Virus record (IMG/VR): IMGVR_UViG_3300049489_000540
Strand: one strand, 5' to 3'
Length of the DNA: 64,000 bases
DNA from: a virus
Taxonomy: Duplodnaviria; Heunggongvirae; Uroviricota; Caudoviricetes
In this document: piece by piece, positions 54,598 to 62,753 of the stretch
Position numbering within the stretch: the first letter of the stretch is position 1
Layout: each line of letters opens with the position of its first letter
Translations under genes and position numbers: made by a program
The notes under the pieces: generated by a model
Databases searched by the model: none
Told to the model about the DNA's origin: nothing
Seen by the model: only the letters and a program-made list of their open reading frames with translations

Positions 54598-55092
54598 ATG
54601 AGTACCCGCTCGAACATCGGCTACAAGCATCCCGTCACCGGCAAGTACCACTACTGCTACTGCCATTGGGACGGCTACATGTCATGGAACGGTCGCATCC
54701 TGCGCGACAACTACAAGTCGCTCCAGAAGGTCAAGATGCTGGTCAATCTGGGGGACATTTCGGTTCTCAAGAAGAATGTGCGTCCTCCGAAGAAGCCGAT
54801 GTATGAGGACTACACCAAGCGGGTCGGGAACAAGCGGGTCTATGTGCCCGTGGAGAAGCATTCCTTCGAGACGCCCGACCGCAATACGGTCATCGCGTAC
54901 CATCGGGACCGTGGTGAGCCGCTGAACAAGCCCAAGGTCAGTGACGAATTCCCCGTGGAGCAGGAATGGGCGTACTGCTTCATCGACGGTCGCTGGTTCT
55001 TCAAGTGGGGTCGGATGAAGGAGTGGCACAACATGCCCTCTGGTGACCAGAAGGCATTGCAGGCATTCGAAAAGAACTTATACGGAGACTAG
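54598..55092 (+). CDS. hypothetical protein
   Basis: 164 aa from MSTRSNIGYKHPVTGKYHYCYCHWDGYMSWNG; the upstream part of track ORF 54124..55092 is a spurious alternative frame of gene 54096..54545. Confidence 0.55.
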   Translation: MSTRSNIGYKHPVTGKYHYCYCHWDGYMSWNGRILRDNYKSLQKVKMLVNLGDISVLKKNVRPPKKPMYEDYTKRVGNKRVYVPVEKHSFETPDRNTVIAYHRDRGEPLNKPKVSDEFPVEQEWAYCFIDGRWFFKWGRMKEWHNMPSGDQKALQAFEKNLYGD

Positions 55093-55295
55093 TGCGCTCC
55101 GACCGCATACCGTTACATCCAGGCACCCATCTCTCTGACATGGGGGCACTGGTCAAGCTGCGGGACAAGTGGCTGCACTCGTCCCCAGCGGAGCGGCTTG
55201 CCATAGTGCAAAACATCTGGTACGAGATAGATACCTTCGGGGACATCTATCGCATGGATTTAGAAGGAGACGATGATGGACCAGGCACAGATTGA
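55092..55295 (+). CDS. hypothetical small protein (GTG start; may start at a later ATG)
   Basis: 67-aa ORF, start overlaps the previous stop. Confidence 0.35.
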   Translation: MRSDRIPLHPGTHLSDMGALVKLRDKWLHSSPAERLAIVQNIWYEIDTFGDIYRMDLEGDDDGPGTD

Positions 55296-55548
55296 TCGCA
55301 TCCATGATGCCACGAAGCATGCACGATCCTATGAGCGGTATGGTATGGTTGGCTGGGTTCGAAGTATTACATATCTGTTGAAGTATTTTTCCGAAATTCA
55401 GACAACGAAGATCATGAAATCGCAGTTTCCTCGATGGGCAGCCCAGATCCATATGACTGACAAGCCTTTACGAGAAGACGCACTGGAGTATTACATTGAA
55501 ACGGAAAGCATACGGCACGAATTGCCGTTGATCTTCCCAGACAGTTGA
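55273..55548 (+). CDS. hypothetical protein
   Basis: 91-aa ORF. Confidence 0.45.
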   Translation: MMDQAQIDRIHDATKHARSYERYGMVGWVRSITYLLKYFSEIQTTKIMKSQFPRWAAQIHMTDKPLREDALEYYIETESIRHELPLIFPDS

Positions 55549-55572
55549 CATTCTCGAAGATCCTGGTAGGAT
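55545..55572 (+). promoter_or_regulatory. promoter TTGACA-N16-TAGGAT, 6 nt before the ATG (leaderless)
   Basis: cagttgacattctcgaagatcctggtaggat gtgggc ATG. Confidence 0.5.
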
Positions 55573-55578
55573 GTGGGC

Positions 55579-56148
55579 ATGAACATCGATGAGATCCGTG
55601 CCCACCTCTCCTACCTGGATCGGGAGTTTCCCGACCGTGGGGACTTCAACGAAGCGGTCGGCTGGGACTTTCCCGAGATGGGCGGCGGTCTGTTCCGCAC
55701 CGTCTACGATGCTGGTCCGTATGTGGTCAAGCTGCTGAACACGGTTGGTGAGTTCGAGCGGCATAACATGTTCCATGACCGCCGGGAACTGCATCGTGCC
55801 AATACGCAGGAGTTGAAGGCATGGAAGCAGATCGAACGGAAGTATCCGAGTCTGCTGCCGTTCTTGCTTGAGCCGCATCTGTGGAAGGGTATGTTCAACG
55901 ATGCGATCATCATGGAGAAGGTCGATGTGTTGAAGTATGCGTCCAGCGGTGGTCTGGAGAAGATCAAGCCGCTCTGGTCGGAGCGCATGAAGAAGCAGTA
56001 CAAGTTCATCGAACAGCACTTTGCCGACACCCATGTGGGTAACATCGGCTGGTCGATTGAGCGTGATCGGGTCTGGTTGATCGACTTCAACATGCATTGG
56101 GACGATTACACAACCGAGTGTCTGGAGGAAGCGAAGCTCGTCGCTTGA
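55579..56148 (+). CDS. putative small protein-kinase-like/phosphotransferase-fold protein
   Basis: MNIDEIRAH...; catalytic-loop-like HVGNIGWSIERD and DFG-like LIDFN; start placed at the ATG 6 nt after the -10, whereas the track start 55573 is GTG. Confidence 0.45.
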   Translation: MNIDEIRAHLSYLDREFPDRGDFNEAVGWDFPEMGGGLFRTVYDAGPYVVKLLNTVGEFERHNMFHDRRELHRANTQELKAWKQIERKYPSLLPFLLEPHLWKGMFNDAIIMEKVDVLKYASSGGLEKIKPLWSERMKKQYKFIEQHFADTHVGNIGWSIERDRVWLIDFNMHWDDYTTECLEEAKLVA

Positions 56149-56171
56149 CTTTCCAAATAGCTTGCTAGAAT
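56145..56171 (+). promoter_or_regulatory. promoter TTGACTT-N15-TAGAAT, 6 nt before the ATG (leaderless)
   Basis: gcttgactttccaaatagcttgctagaat acattc ATG(56178). Confidence 0.5.
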
Positions 56172-56177
56172 ACATTC

Positions 56178-56762
56178 ATGATACGACACGACACCCCTTA
56201 CGGTGACCTGATCCAGCGGCTGGAAGAGAAGCTGGTGAGCTTCGGCTACAAGCTGGATCTGGAACTGTGGACGATCGAGATGGATCCACGGCAGCGCACC
56301 AAGGGTGGTTGTTGCTCCGTCAACTTCCACTTCGGCACGGTTCGGCTGCGGCTGAATGAGCGGCTGTTCAAGACGCTGACCGATGAGGAACGCTGGAACA
56401 TTCTGGCGCATGAGGCAGCGCACGGTGTCTGCTTCAAGACGGGTGCTTGGAAGGACGGGCATGGTCCGATCTGGAAGGTGTGGCATCGGCGGCTGGGTGG
56501 TACTGCCGAGCGGTGCCATGATCATGAGGTCAAGCACAATCTGGTGAAGCGGTACATTCTGACGGATCGGACTCGTCCTGGCGTCCACTACTCGGTGAGC
56601 AGCCAGAAGGCACGGAAGTATCTGGCATGGAACGCCATACGCTTCACGCTCGTCGGCATCACTCTCTGTGATCGCAACACCATGACATGGCGCTGGGAAA
56701 AGCTCTACGATGCCAACATGCGTGAGGCTGCGATCTTCACCAAGCTGCGGAGGATTGAATAA
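56178..56762 (+). CDS. SprT-like zinc metalloprotease domain protein
   Basis: 194 aa; HExxH motif NILAHEAAHGV, size and context typical of the SprT family. Confidence 0.55.
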   Translation: MIRHDTPYGDLIQRLEEKLVSFGYKLDLELWTIEMDPRQRTKGGCCSVNFHFGTVRLRLNERLFKTLTDEERWNILAHEAAHGVCFKTGAWKDGHGPIWKVWHRRLGGTAERCHDHEVKHNLVKRYILTDRTRPGVHYSVSSQKARKYLAWNAIRFTLVGITLCDRNTMTWRWEKLYDANMREAAIFTKLRRIE

Positions 56763-56763
56763 C

Positions 56764-57018
56764 ATGTGTGATAATCCCTTCGAACTGTACGCTTCGATGC
56801 CGGGTGTATGTGGTGCTACTCGCTCCATCAAGGCTGCGATCAAGCGGGCGCAGCACAAGGTGATCGAAGGCATGCCTGCCCAGATGGCATATAAGGAGGT
56901 CCGCAAGGTGCTGGACCGCTACACGCACCTGGGTGCGGGCGACTCCGAGCCACGCTGGCATGCTGCCAAGCTGTTCGCTCAAGGCTGCGGTCTGGATCCC
57001 GACGATTTCTACTGCTAG
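56764..57018 (+). CDS. hypothetical small protein
   Basis: 84 aa MCDNPFELYASMPGVCGATRSIKAAIKRAQHK... from the internal ATG of the track ORF. Confidence 0.45.
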   Translation: MCDNPFELYASMPGVCGATRSIKAAIKRAQHKVIEGMPAQMAYKEVRKVLDRYTHLGAGDSEPRWHAAKLFAQGCGLDPDDFYC

Positions 57019-57026
57019 CCGCTGGG

Positions 57027-57060
57027 AAAGCCACTCGTCAAGAGTGGCTTTCTTGGTTTT
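57027..57060 (+). terminator. rho-independent terminator
   Basis: aaagccactc-gtcaa-gagtggcttt cttggtttt. Confidence 0.65.
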
Positions 57061-57112
57061 ATTCGAGAGAGTGATACAGCGGATACGCCAGCCGCCTGGT
57101 CAAGAAACGACA

Positions 57113-57150
57113 AAAGCCACTCCGAAGAGTGGCTTGTCGGTTTGCTTATT
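57113..57150 (+). terminator. second near-identical hairpin, 86 nt downstream (tandem or bidirectional terminator)
   Basis: aaagccactc-cgaa-gagtggctt gtcggtttgctt. Confidence 0.55.
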
Positions 57151-57159
57151 CAGCCGCTA

Positions 57160-57396
57160 TCAGCCTACTGGTTCCAGCTTGAGAACGCTTTCTTGAAGGA
57201 TCTTGCTGGAAATGTAGATCGCAGCACCTTCACGCGCAAACTTGATGTAGGTGGTTTTACCCGCCGCGCCCATGGCAAGCATGTCTTTCAGTTCCTTGAT
57301 TTCATCTGCCGTATGCTCGTTGGGGTCCGAGTAGTAGGTCGAACCTGACGGCAGATGATGAACGACGATGCGGTGTCTGGTCACGGTCGCCATCAA
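57160..57396 (-). CDS. hypothetical protein
   Basis: 78-aa ORF. Confidence 0.45.
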   Translation of the reverse strand: MMATVTRHRIVVHHLPSGSTYYSDPNEHTADEIKELKDMLAMGAAGKTTYIKFAREGAAIYISSKILQESVLKLEPVG

Positions 57397-57590
57397 GCCA
57401 TCTCGCTCAACAGCTTGAGGGCGGTGACCGCCTTGTGCTTCTTGAGGACGCGCTCGACCTTGAACGCCTTGACCTTGCTGGACGGGCGACCGCGCTTGCC
57501 CGTGTGGGAGAGAGCCTTCAGGTGTGGCACGACATCGGGATCGACGGCGCAGACCTTGATGACTTCGTTGAGGTTGAGGATTCGGCTCAT
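57393..57590 (-). CDS. small basic, possibly DNA-binding protein
   Basis: 65 aa, Lys/Arg-rich (GKRGRPSSKVKAFKVERVLKKHK); ATGA overlap. Confidence 0.45.
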   Translation of the reverse strand: MSRILNLNEVIKVCAVDPDVVPHLKALSHTGKRGRPSSKVKAFKVERVLKKHKAVTALKLLSEMA

Positions 57591-57621
57591 GGTATTCCCT
57601 TTCTTGGGATGTTGTGAATTT

Positions 57622-57648
57622 AATTTACCGTAAATTTGAAGAAGTCAA
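57622..57648 (-). promoter_or_regulatory. promoter TTGACTT-N15-TAAATT (minus strand)
   Basis: minus strand reads ttgacttcttcaaatttacggtaaatt; SD aaaggga before the ATG at 57590. Confidence 0.45.
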
Positions 57649-57656
57649 TAGTGTTT

Positions 57657-57989
57657 TTAGAGGCACTTCAGATTTTTGGTATCCCAGCGATCTTCCACGA
57701 TGATGGAATCAATTTCATCGGGAGTCGGGAACTGATTCTGAGCGAGCGACAGATCGATGAAATTGAACGGGATGCCGCGATTCGTCTCGAAGTAGTCGGC
57801 ATTGTGGCGCATGAACTTCGAGAACAGAATCCATTCCGTCTGAGCGACCGAGTAGCGCATGAGCAGCTTCTGGACGCAGCGCCTCCACAGCTTCTCACCG
57901 TAGCGGTCGCGGCTGTAGGCGTCCTCAGTGCGATCCATAATGGACTGCACGATCTGCTTGCCGATCTGGGCATCAAGGCTGTTGCTCAT
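57657..57989 (-). CDS. hypothetical protein
   Basis: 110-aa ORF. Confidence 0.5.
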   Translation of the reverse strand: MSNSLDAQIGKQIVQSIMDRTEDAYSRDRYGEKLWRRCVQKLLMRYSVAQTEWILFSKFMRHNADYFETNRGIPFNFIDLSLAQNQFPTPDEIDSIIVEDRWDTKNLKCL

Positions 57990-57995
57990 GGTTGT

Positions 57996-58023
57996 ACTCT
58001 ACCTTGGTTTTGTAGGAAGTCAA
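57996..58023 (-). promoter_or_regulatory. promoter TTGACTT-N16-TAGAGT, 6 nt before the ATG (leaderless)
   Basis: minus strand reads ttgacttcctacaaaaccaaggtagagt acaacc ATG(57989). Confidence 0.55.
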
Positions 58024-58472
58024 CGATGAATCTTGGGACGGGGCTTCATGCCCTCATCCGTGGATTCGTAGATGCCAGGCACGGTGCAGTTGATACCCGA
58101 CGCATGCAGTTCTGCCACGCTCACATCGGATAGTTCCGACCACATCAATTCCAATTCCCGCTTGCCAATGATCGGATTGCGGAAGGTCGGATTGGCGACT
58201 TGAATGGCACCGAATTCATCGGCAGCGACGATCAGACAGTGACCATGCTGCTGGTGCTTGTCATTGTCACCAGATTCGCCAGCGACTCCCGTGAGCCTCC
58301 AGACACGCAAGGCACCAGGCAGCTTGGAATCGTCCTTGGTCTTGGACGCATCGACCTTGGGCAGCGGCTCACCAGCCATCATGGCACAGACCCACAGCGG
58401 CTTGCGCCCACGCTTGCCGCTGGTCCAGACTTCGCCCGTTTCGGGATGCGTGAGGCTGATGGGGTCAGCCAT
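58020..58472 (-). CDS. hypothetical protein
   Basis: 150-aa ORF. Confidence 0.5.
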   Translation of the reverse strand: MADPISLTHPETGEVWTSGKRGRKPLWVCAMMAGEPLPKVDASKTKDDSKLPGALRVWRLTGVAGESGDNDKHQQHGHCLIVAADEFGAIQVANPTFRNPIIGKRELELMWSELSDVSVAELHASGINCTVPGIYESTDEGMKPRPKIHR

Positions 58473-58656
58473 GGGTGTACATGTCCTTCAAGATGTCATC
58501 GATCAGCGACTGTGCCGACTTGGTAGTATCGACAAAGCCTTCGCGGGTAAGATTTGAAATCTGTGCGCTGTCGGCAGCCTTGATCGTGGCTTCCACCACG
58601 GCAGCCAGAGCCGCCAGTTCCTTGGCGCGAATCTCACGTTCTTGTATGGTTGGCAT
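58465..58656 (-). CDS. hypothetical small protein
   Basis: 63-aa ORF. Confidence 0.45.
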   Translation of the reverse strand: MPTIQEREIRAKELAALAAVVEATIKAADSAQISNLTREGFVDTTKSAQSLIDDILKDMYTHG

Positions 58657-58663
58657 GGTTATT

Positions 58664-58691
58664 ACTCTACCAGAGGTTTCGAGGAAGTCAA
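58664..58691 (-). promoter_or_regulatory. promoter TTGACTT-N16-TAGAGT, 7 nt before the ATG (leaderless); the -35 lies in the 16-bp palindrome GAAGTCAATTGACTTC
   Basis: minus strand reads ttgacttcctcgaaacctctggtagagt aataacc ATG(58656); palindrome at 58684-58699 gives a TTGACTTC on both strands. Confidence 0.55.
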
Positions 58692-58969
58692 TTGACTTCT
58701 GAAAGCGCCATCTTTTTGCGCCGAGCCGCTTCGTTTATCAACTCCGTTTTCATTTTCAGAACGACCAAGCTGACGCGAATGGTATTTGCCATGTCACCAT
58801 TGGCACATGAAGCTGCGCCGATCATCATCACTTGCCAGATCACAGCGCCTTCGGGTAGACTCTTGCAGAGCCGAGCGCAGACCTTCACGATGCGACGGGC
58901 ATATACCCGCTGCTGCTCGTCTTGCTTCTTGAGCATATTACCGAAGGCGAGCAACATGCAGAAGAGCAT
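58688..58969 (-). CDS. hypothetical protein (start uncertain)
   Basis: C-terminal ~93 aa of track ORF 58688..59185 (MLFCMLLAFGNMLKKQDEQQ...); the upstream part overlaps 58984..59220 and looks like an alternative frame. Confidence 0.3.
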   Translation of the reverse strand: MLFCMLLAFGNMLKKQDEQQRVYARRIVKVCARLCKSLPEGAVIWQVMMIGAASCANGDMANTIRVSLVVLKMKTELINEAARRKKMALSEVN

Positions 58970-58983
58970 GTAGTCTTTGAGCG

Positions 58984-59220
58984 TCACTTGCACCGCTCCC
59001 AGAACTTCTTGACGCCTTCCTCTTCGGTCTTGCAGTAGCTGCCATTCTCGTAAGCCCAGCCGCCATTGTACTCGTAGGCGTTGTGGACCACGAAGGGATG
59101 GTAGCCGTCGCACTTGTGCAGCACGGTCTTGACGCGAGTGCGGTAGCCATCGCCAGCAGGGATCACTCCACTGTGGAGAATCCAATCGGCAGGGATGGCG
59201 GGGATGGTGATCGTGTTCAT
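58984..59220 (-). CDS. hypothetical small protein
   Basis: 78 aa from MNTITIPAIPADW; the longer track start at 59280 would overlap its own promoter. Confidence 0.45.
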   Translation of the reverse strand: MNTITIPAIPADWILHSGVIPAGDGYRTRVKTVLHKCDGYHPFVVHNAYEYNGGWAYENGSYCKTEEEGVKKFWERCK

Positions 59221-59227
59221 GTTGGTC

Positions 59228-59255
59228 ACTTTACCACGATCACACCAGAAGTCAA
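59228..59255 (-). promoter_or_regulatory. promoter TTGACTT-N16-TAAAGT, 7 nt before the ATG (leaderless)
   Basis: minus strand reads ttgacttctggtgtgatcgtggtaaagt gaccaac ATG(59220). Confidence 0.5.
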
Positions 59256-59368
59256 TAGAGAGTTTATCACCCATGGGCACATGCTACCAAGGACTATAAA
59301 AATTACAAGAGAGTGATACACCAGAAACGCCGCCCGAATTCAAAATACACTCTAGACTTTTTTCAAAC

Positions 59369-59731
59369 ATGTGCTATGATATTGGCATGAAGACAGCATC
59401 GAAATCTGATCCATCCACCGATCTGCTCAAGCTCAGTGACTTCTGCTGCATCATCAATGCCATAGAGGGAATGGATGCGCTGAATGATGATCGCCCAGCC
59501 AACTGTGGTGATGAAGCGGTCGATGCCTACCATACCAGGCGGCGGAAGCGTCGGACGAACCTGGAACGGCAGCGGCAGATGATCTACGATCTGATGATCG
59601 CCCATGCCAACAAGCTGGTCGCCGCCCAAGTGCCGCTCCCACAACTCGATGCAGCTATTCATGCTGCTGGCTGGACCGATCAGCACTTCATTGCCGATGC
59701 TCGTCCCTCCGTCACGATTGTTGAGAATTGA
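59369..59731 (+). CDS. hypothetical protein
   Basis: 120-aa ORF. Confidence 0.5.
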   Translation: MCYDIGMKTASKSDPSTDLLKLSDFCCIINAIEGMDALNDDRPANCGDEAVDAYHTRRRKRRTNLERQRQMIYDLMIAHANKLVAAQVPLPQLDAAIHAAGWTDQHFIADARPSVTIVEN

Positions 59732-59925
59732 TGCCTATTACGATTGATCGCATCGAGCGGCTGGAAAAGCTGCTGACCCGCACCGATCTTCCCGTCCAGA
59801 AGAAGCAGGGTTTCGACCGCAACATCAATCGCGTCCAGTGGTTGAAGGACAACTTCGATGTACGGAACAAGGATCATCCCAAGCGGGATGAAATTATGAA
59901 ACTGATCGATGATATCTTAAGTTGA
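59728..59925 (+). CDS. hypothetical small protein
   Basis: 65 aa, ATGA overlap. Confidence 0.45.
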   Translation: MMPITIDRIERLEKLLTRTDLPVQKKQGFDRNINRVQWLKDNFDVRNKDHPKRDEIMKLIDDILS

Positions 59926-59945
59926 AAGTTTTTGAAAATAGATGA

Positions 59946-59972
59946 TTGACCTCTAAAAAGGTTTGCTATTAT
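59946..59972 (+). promoter_or_regulatory. promoter TTGACC-N15-TATTAT
   Basis: ttgacctctaaaaaggtttgctattat; SD aggaga before the ATG at 60011. Confidence 0.5.
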
Positions 59973-60010
59973 GAGTGTCTCAATATGCGGCACAGCCGCA
60001 GGAGACACGG

Positions 60011-60352
60011 ATGAAGAAGGCTACAGCTACAAAAGAGAAAACAACTAAAAAGGAACAGGCGGAACCAAAAGCCACGCCGCGTGCCTATACGTTCTACGAT
60101 GTTTTTAGTAAACAGCGTGGATACCTCTGTTCATGTATAGATGAAAATGCTGTACATAAAACGCTCTATGCACTGTTCCGAGAAAATGAAAAGTATTGGC
60201 ACCGTGATCGTTCAGAGGGCAAGAAGTCACGGGCGTTCGATTGCTACGGTATTGCCAGGTGCGGTAACTCCAGTCGTATCATCGAGTTGATGTTCGAGGA
60301 AGAAACCGAAACCGATACCTATGATGATGTGGTGGAGCAGTCGAACAAATGA
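60011..60352 (+). CDS. hypothetical protein
   Basis: 113 aa MKKATATKEKTTKKEQAEPK...; the track ORF starts at the GTG at 59975. Confidence 0.5.
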   Translation: MKKATATKEKTTKKEQAEPKATPRAYTFYDVFSKQRGYLCSCIDENAVHKTLYALFRENEKYWHRDRSEGKKSRAFDCYGIARCGNSSRIIELMFEEETETDTYDDVVEQSNK

Positions 60353-60558
60353 TATATATCGGAATTGTTTCATCGAAAAGCCAGCAAGACGGTAGTGGCA
60401 CATTCAAAGCTATCTACCCCGAAGGGCAAATCGCCATCGTCAATGACAATGGTACCTACGGTGCATACGTTGCTGGGCGAACCGAAGGCATACGCATCGA
60501 AGGTTATCAGGTTTTTGAGAACGCTCAAGATGCATTATCATGGGTGATGCAAAAGTGA
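60349..60558 (+). CDS. hypothetical small protein
   Basis: 69 aa, ATGA overlap. Confidence 0.45.
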   Translation: MIYIGIVSSKSQQDGSGTFKAIYPEGQIAIVNDNGTYGAYVAGRTEGIRIEGYQVFENAQDALSWVMQK

Positions 60559-60610
60559 TTGACACGGTACGGATTTCGTTTACATTACTCCCCTCTCTAC
60601 AAGGAACCGC

Positions 60611-60988
60611 ATGAAGAAATCAGCAGGCAAAGGACACTTCACAGCAACACCACTTGAGTTCCAACTCGATGGTAAGACATATACTTATGCCGGTCGTGGG
60701 CGCTGGTCAGTCCAGCTTGCGACCCGCATTGCCACCGACAAGAAGGCTCCTGTCAAGGCAGAAGATGGAACTTGGACCTGGCGTGATGCCACACCGTCCG
60801 AACTCGCATCGGCTGAGAAGCTGACTGCCAAGGTCGCCAAGTCGTTGGAGGACAAGGCTGCGAAGGCTACTGCCCGCATCGCTCGTAAGGCTGCCAAGGG
60901 TCGCAAGAAGGCGACCGAGGAAGTGCCCGTCGAAGCTGCTGCCGAAGTAGCCGAAGCCGCTCCCGAAGCCGCCAAAGCTGGGGCTTGA
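60611..60988 (+). CDS. hypothetical protein with Ala/Lys-rich (histone-H1-like) C-terminal tail
   Basis: 125 aa; tail AKVAKSLEDKAAKATARIARKAAKGRKKATEE. Confidence 0.5.
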   Translation: MKKSAGKGHFTATPLEFQLDGKTYTYAGRGRWSVQLATRIATDKKAPVKAEDGTWTWRDATPSELASAEKLTAKVAKSLEDKAAKATARIARKAAKGRKKATEEVPVEAAAEVAEAAPEAAKAGA

Positions 60989-61019
60989 TATTTTCTGATG
61001 GTGTGTTAGACTACGCATG

Positions 61020-61320
61020 TCAACATTCCGATAAGCAATGACCGCCGAGTGGGATCAGCCCGCTAGGTCGCTAGAGGATGGCGAACAAGCCCATCGGTCC
61101 ATTAGACTTTAGATCCGGTCGATGTTGACGCTCTTTTTCAACCCAAGGCTAGGTTCAGCAAATCCTAAAATAAAGGACGCCGTAAGGGCACAACGGTCTT
61201 CGATTTCTCCGTGGGCAACGCCAGGAAACTGGTAAAAGCCCTAAATGAAGTAGGCAACTAGCCTGTTTTTCTCTCTCATAAGAATCCGTCAGCAATCCCG
61301 CTCATAGCGGATTCTGTTAA
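61020..61320 (+). ncRNA. candidate structured non-coding RNA in the 350-nt ORF-free gap upstream of the vWA/TROVE-like gene
   Basis: no ORF; long-range complementarity catgtcaacat (61027) with atgttgacg (61121) and local hairpin aatcccgct-cat-agcggatt (61296-61316); strand and extent not determined. Confidence 0.25.
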
Positions 61321-61338
61321 CAAAGGAATATACTACCT

Positions 61339-62709
61339 ATGAGTATCAAGACTGTTACTGCCAATGGCGCTGCTACCTTCAAGTCCACGGGTGATGCGCT
61401 CGTCAACCTCTTCTTCCAGATCGGCGCGAGCCGCAACAATCCAGACGCTGCCAAGCGTCTGTTCGATGCTGCGATGGCTGATGATCTGCTCAAGGCAACC
61501 GCCATTCTCTGCTGGGCGCGTGACGCTCGCGGTGGTGCTGGTGAGCGTAATATCTTCCGTGTGCTGGTGAAGGAGCTTGTCGATTCCGACGAGTCGCTGG
61601 CTCGCAAGGTCGTGAACCTTGTGCCGCGCATCGGTCGTTTCGATGACCTCACCGTGTTCTACGGCACCAAGGTGGAAGCCGACGCCATCAATGTGTGGGT
61701 CGGTGCGCTTCGTTCCGACAATGCGCTCGCTGCGAAGTGGGCGGATCGTAAGGACAAGAAGCTCCAGCGTGCGCTGCGCATGAACGAGGCTGCGCTGCGT
61801 AAGTTCCTGTCGAACATGCGCAAGCACACCATCGTGGAAAACGCGATGTGCCAGAACGAGTGGTCCAACATCGAGTACGGCAAGCTGCCGTCCGTCGCTG
61901 GCATGCGCTACTCCAAGGCGTTCAAGAAGCACGATGAAACCCGCTATGCGGAGTTCATGGGCAACAAGAACACCAAGGTCAATGCTGGTGTCGCGTACCC
62001 ATACGATGTGTACCGTCTGCTCATGGCTGGTCAGAGCGATGCAACCGTGGTCGCAGCGGCTACCAAGTATTGGGAGAATCTGAACAAGCTGTCGGTGGCT
62101 GGCAACATCCTCTGCATGGCTGACGTTTCGGGTTCGATGGCTGGTGCGATAGCATCGGGTTCCGTCACATGCATGGATGTGTCGATTTCCTTGTCCGTGT
62201 TCTTGTCGCAACAGATCAAGGGCGCGTTCAACGGCAAGCTGATGACATTCAGTGAGTCCCCGACGCTGGTGAATCTGCCGTCCAAGGGCAATCTGCTTGA
62301 TCTGTTCCAGTTCACCAGCCGCATGAATTGGGGCATGAACACGAACCTTGAGGCAGCGTTCGCTGCGATTCTCAAGGAGGCGGTGCGCTTCAAGGTCAAG
62401 CCAGCCGACATGCCGACCATGCTGCTGGTTCTCTCCGACATGGAGTTCGACCGTGCGGCTGGTGGAGCGACCCTGAGCGATTCCATGAAGGCGCAGTACA
62501 AGGCTGCTGGCTACGAGCCGCCGAAGATGTGCTGGTGGAATCTGAATGGCAGCGGAAAGAATTTCCCTGTCATGAAGAACGAGAAGGGTTCCTGTCTGGT
62601 GTCTGGTTTCAGCCCGAAGGTGCTGGAAGCGGTCATCGCTGCCAAGGAATTCACGCCGATCAGCGTGGTTGAGGAAGCGATCAAGCCGTACCTTGACCTC
62701 TTGAAGTGA
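61339..62709 (+). CDS. vWA-domain protein (MIDAS motif DxSGS) with N-terminal alpha-helical domain, possibly TROVE/Ro60-like
   Basis: 456 aa; MIDAS CMADVSGSMAG near residue 264; SD aaaggaa. Confidence 0.55.
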   Translation: MSIKTVTANGAATFKSTGDALVNLFFQIGASRNNPDAAKRLFDAAMADDLLKATAILCWARDARGGAGERNIFRVLVKELVDSDESLARKVVNLVPRIGRFDDLTVFYGTKVEADAINVWVGALRSDNALAAKWADRKDKKLQRALRMNEAALRKFLSNMRKHTIVENAMCQNEWSNIEYGKLPSVAGMRYSKAFKKHDETRYAEFMGNKNTKVNAGVAYPYDVYRLLMAGQSDATVVAAATKYWENLNKLSVAGNILCMADVSGSMAGAIASGSVTCMDVSISLSVFLSQQIKGAFNGKLMTFSESPTLVNLPSKGNLLDLFQFTSRMNWGMNTNLEAAFAAILKEAVRFKVKPADMPTMLLVLSDMEFDRAAGGATLSDSMKAQYKAAGYEPPKMCWWNLNGSGKNFPVMKNEKGSCLVSGFSPKVLEAVIAAKEFTPISVVEEAIKPYLDLLK

Positions 62710-62714
62710 TCGTT

Positions 62715-62752
62715 GCAGCTACGATGGGCAACTGTCGTAGCTGCTTCGTTTA
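62715..62752 (+). terminator. rho-independent terminator after the vWA gene
   Basis: gcagctacga-tgggcaact-gtcgtagctgc ttcgttt. Confidence 0.6.
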
Positions 62753-62753
62753 T

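Noticed and set aside
58688-59185. Full-length 165-aa track ORF
   Set aside because: Its N-terminal half is Arg/Gln-rich (GC-rich alternative frame) and overlaps the gene 58984..59220 and its promoter. Only the C-terminal ~93 codons are kept, at low confidence.
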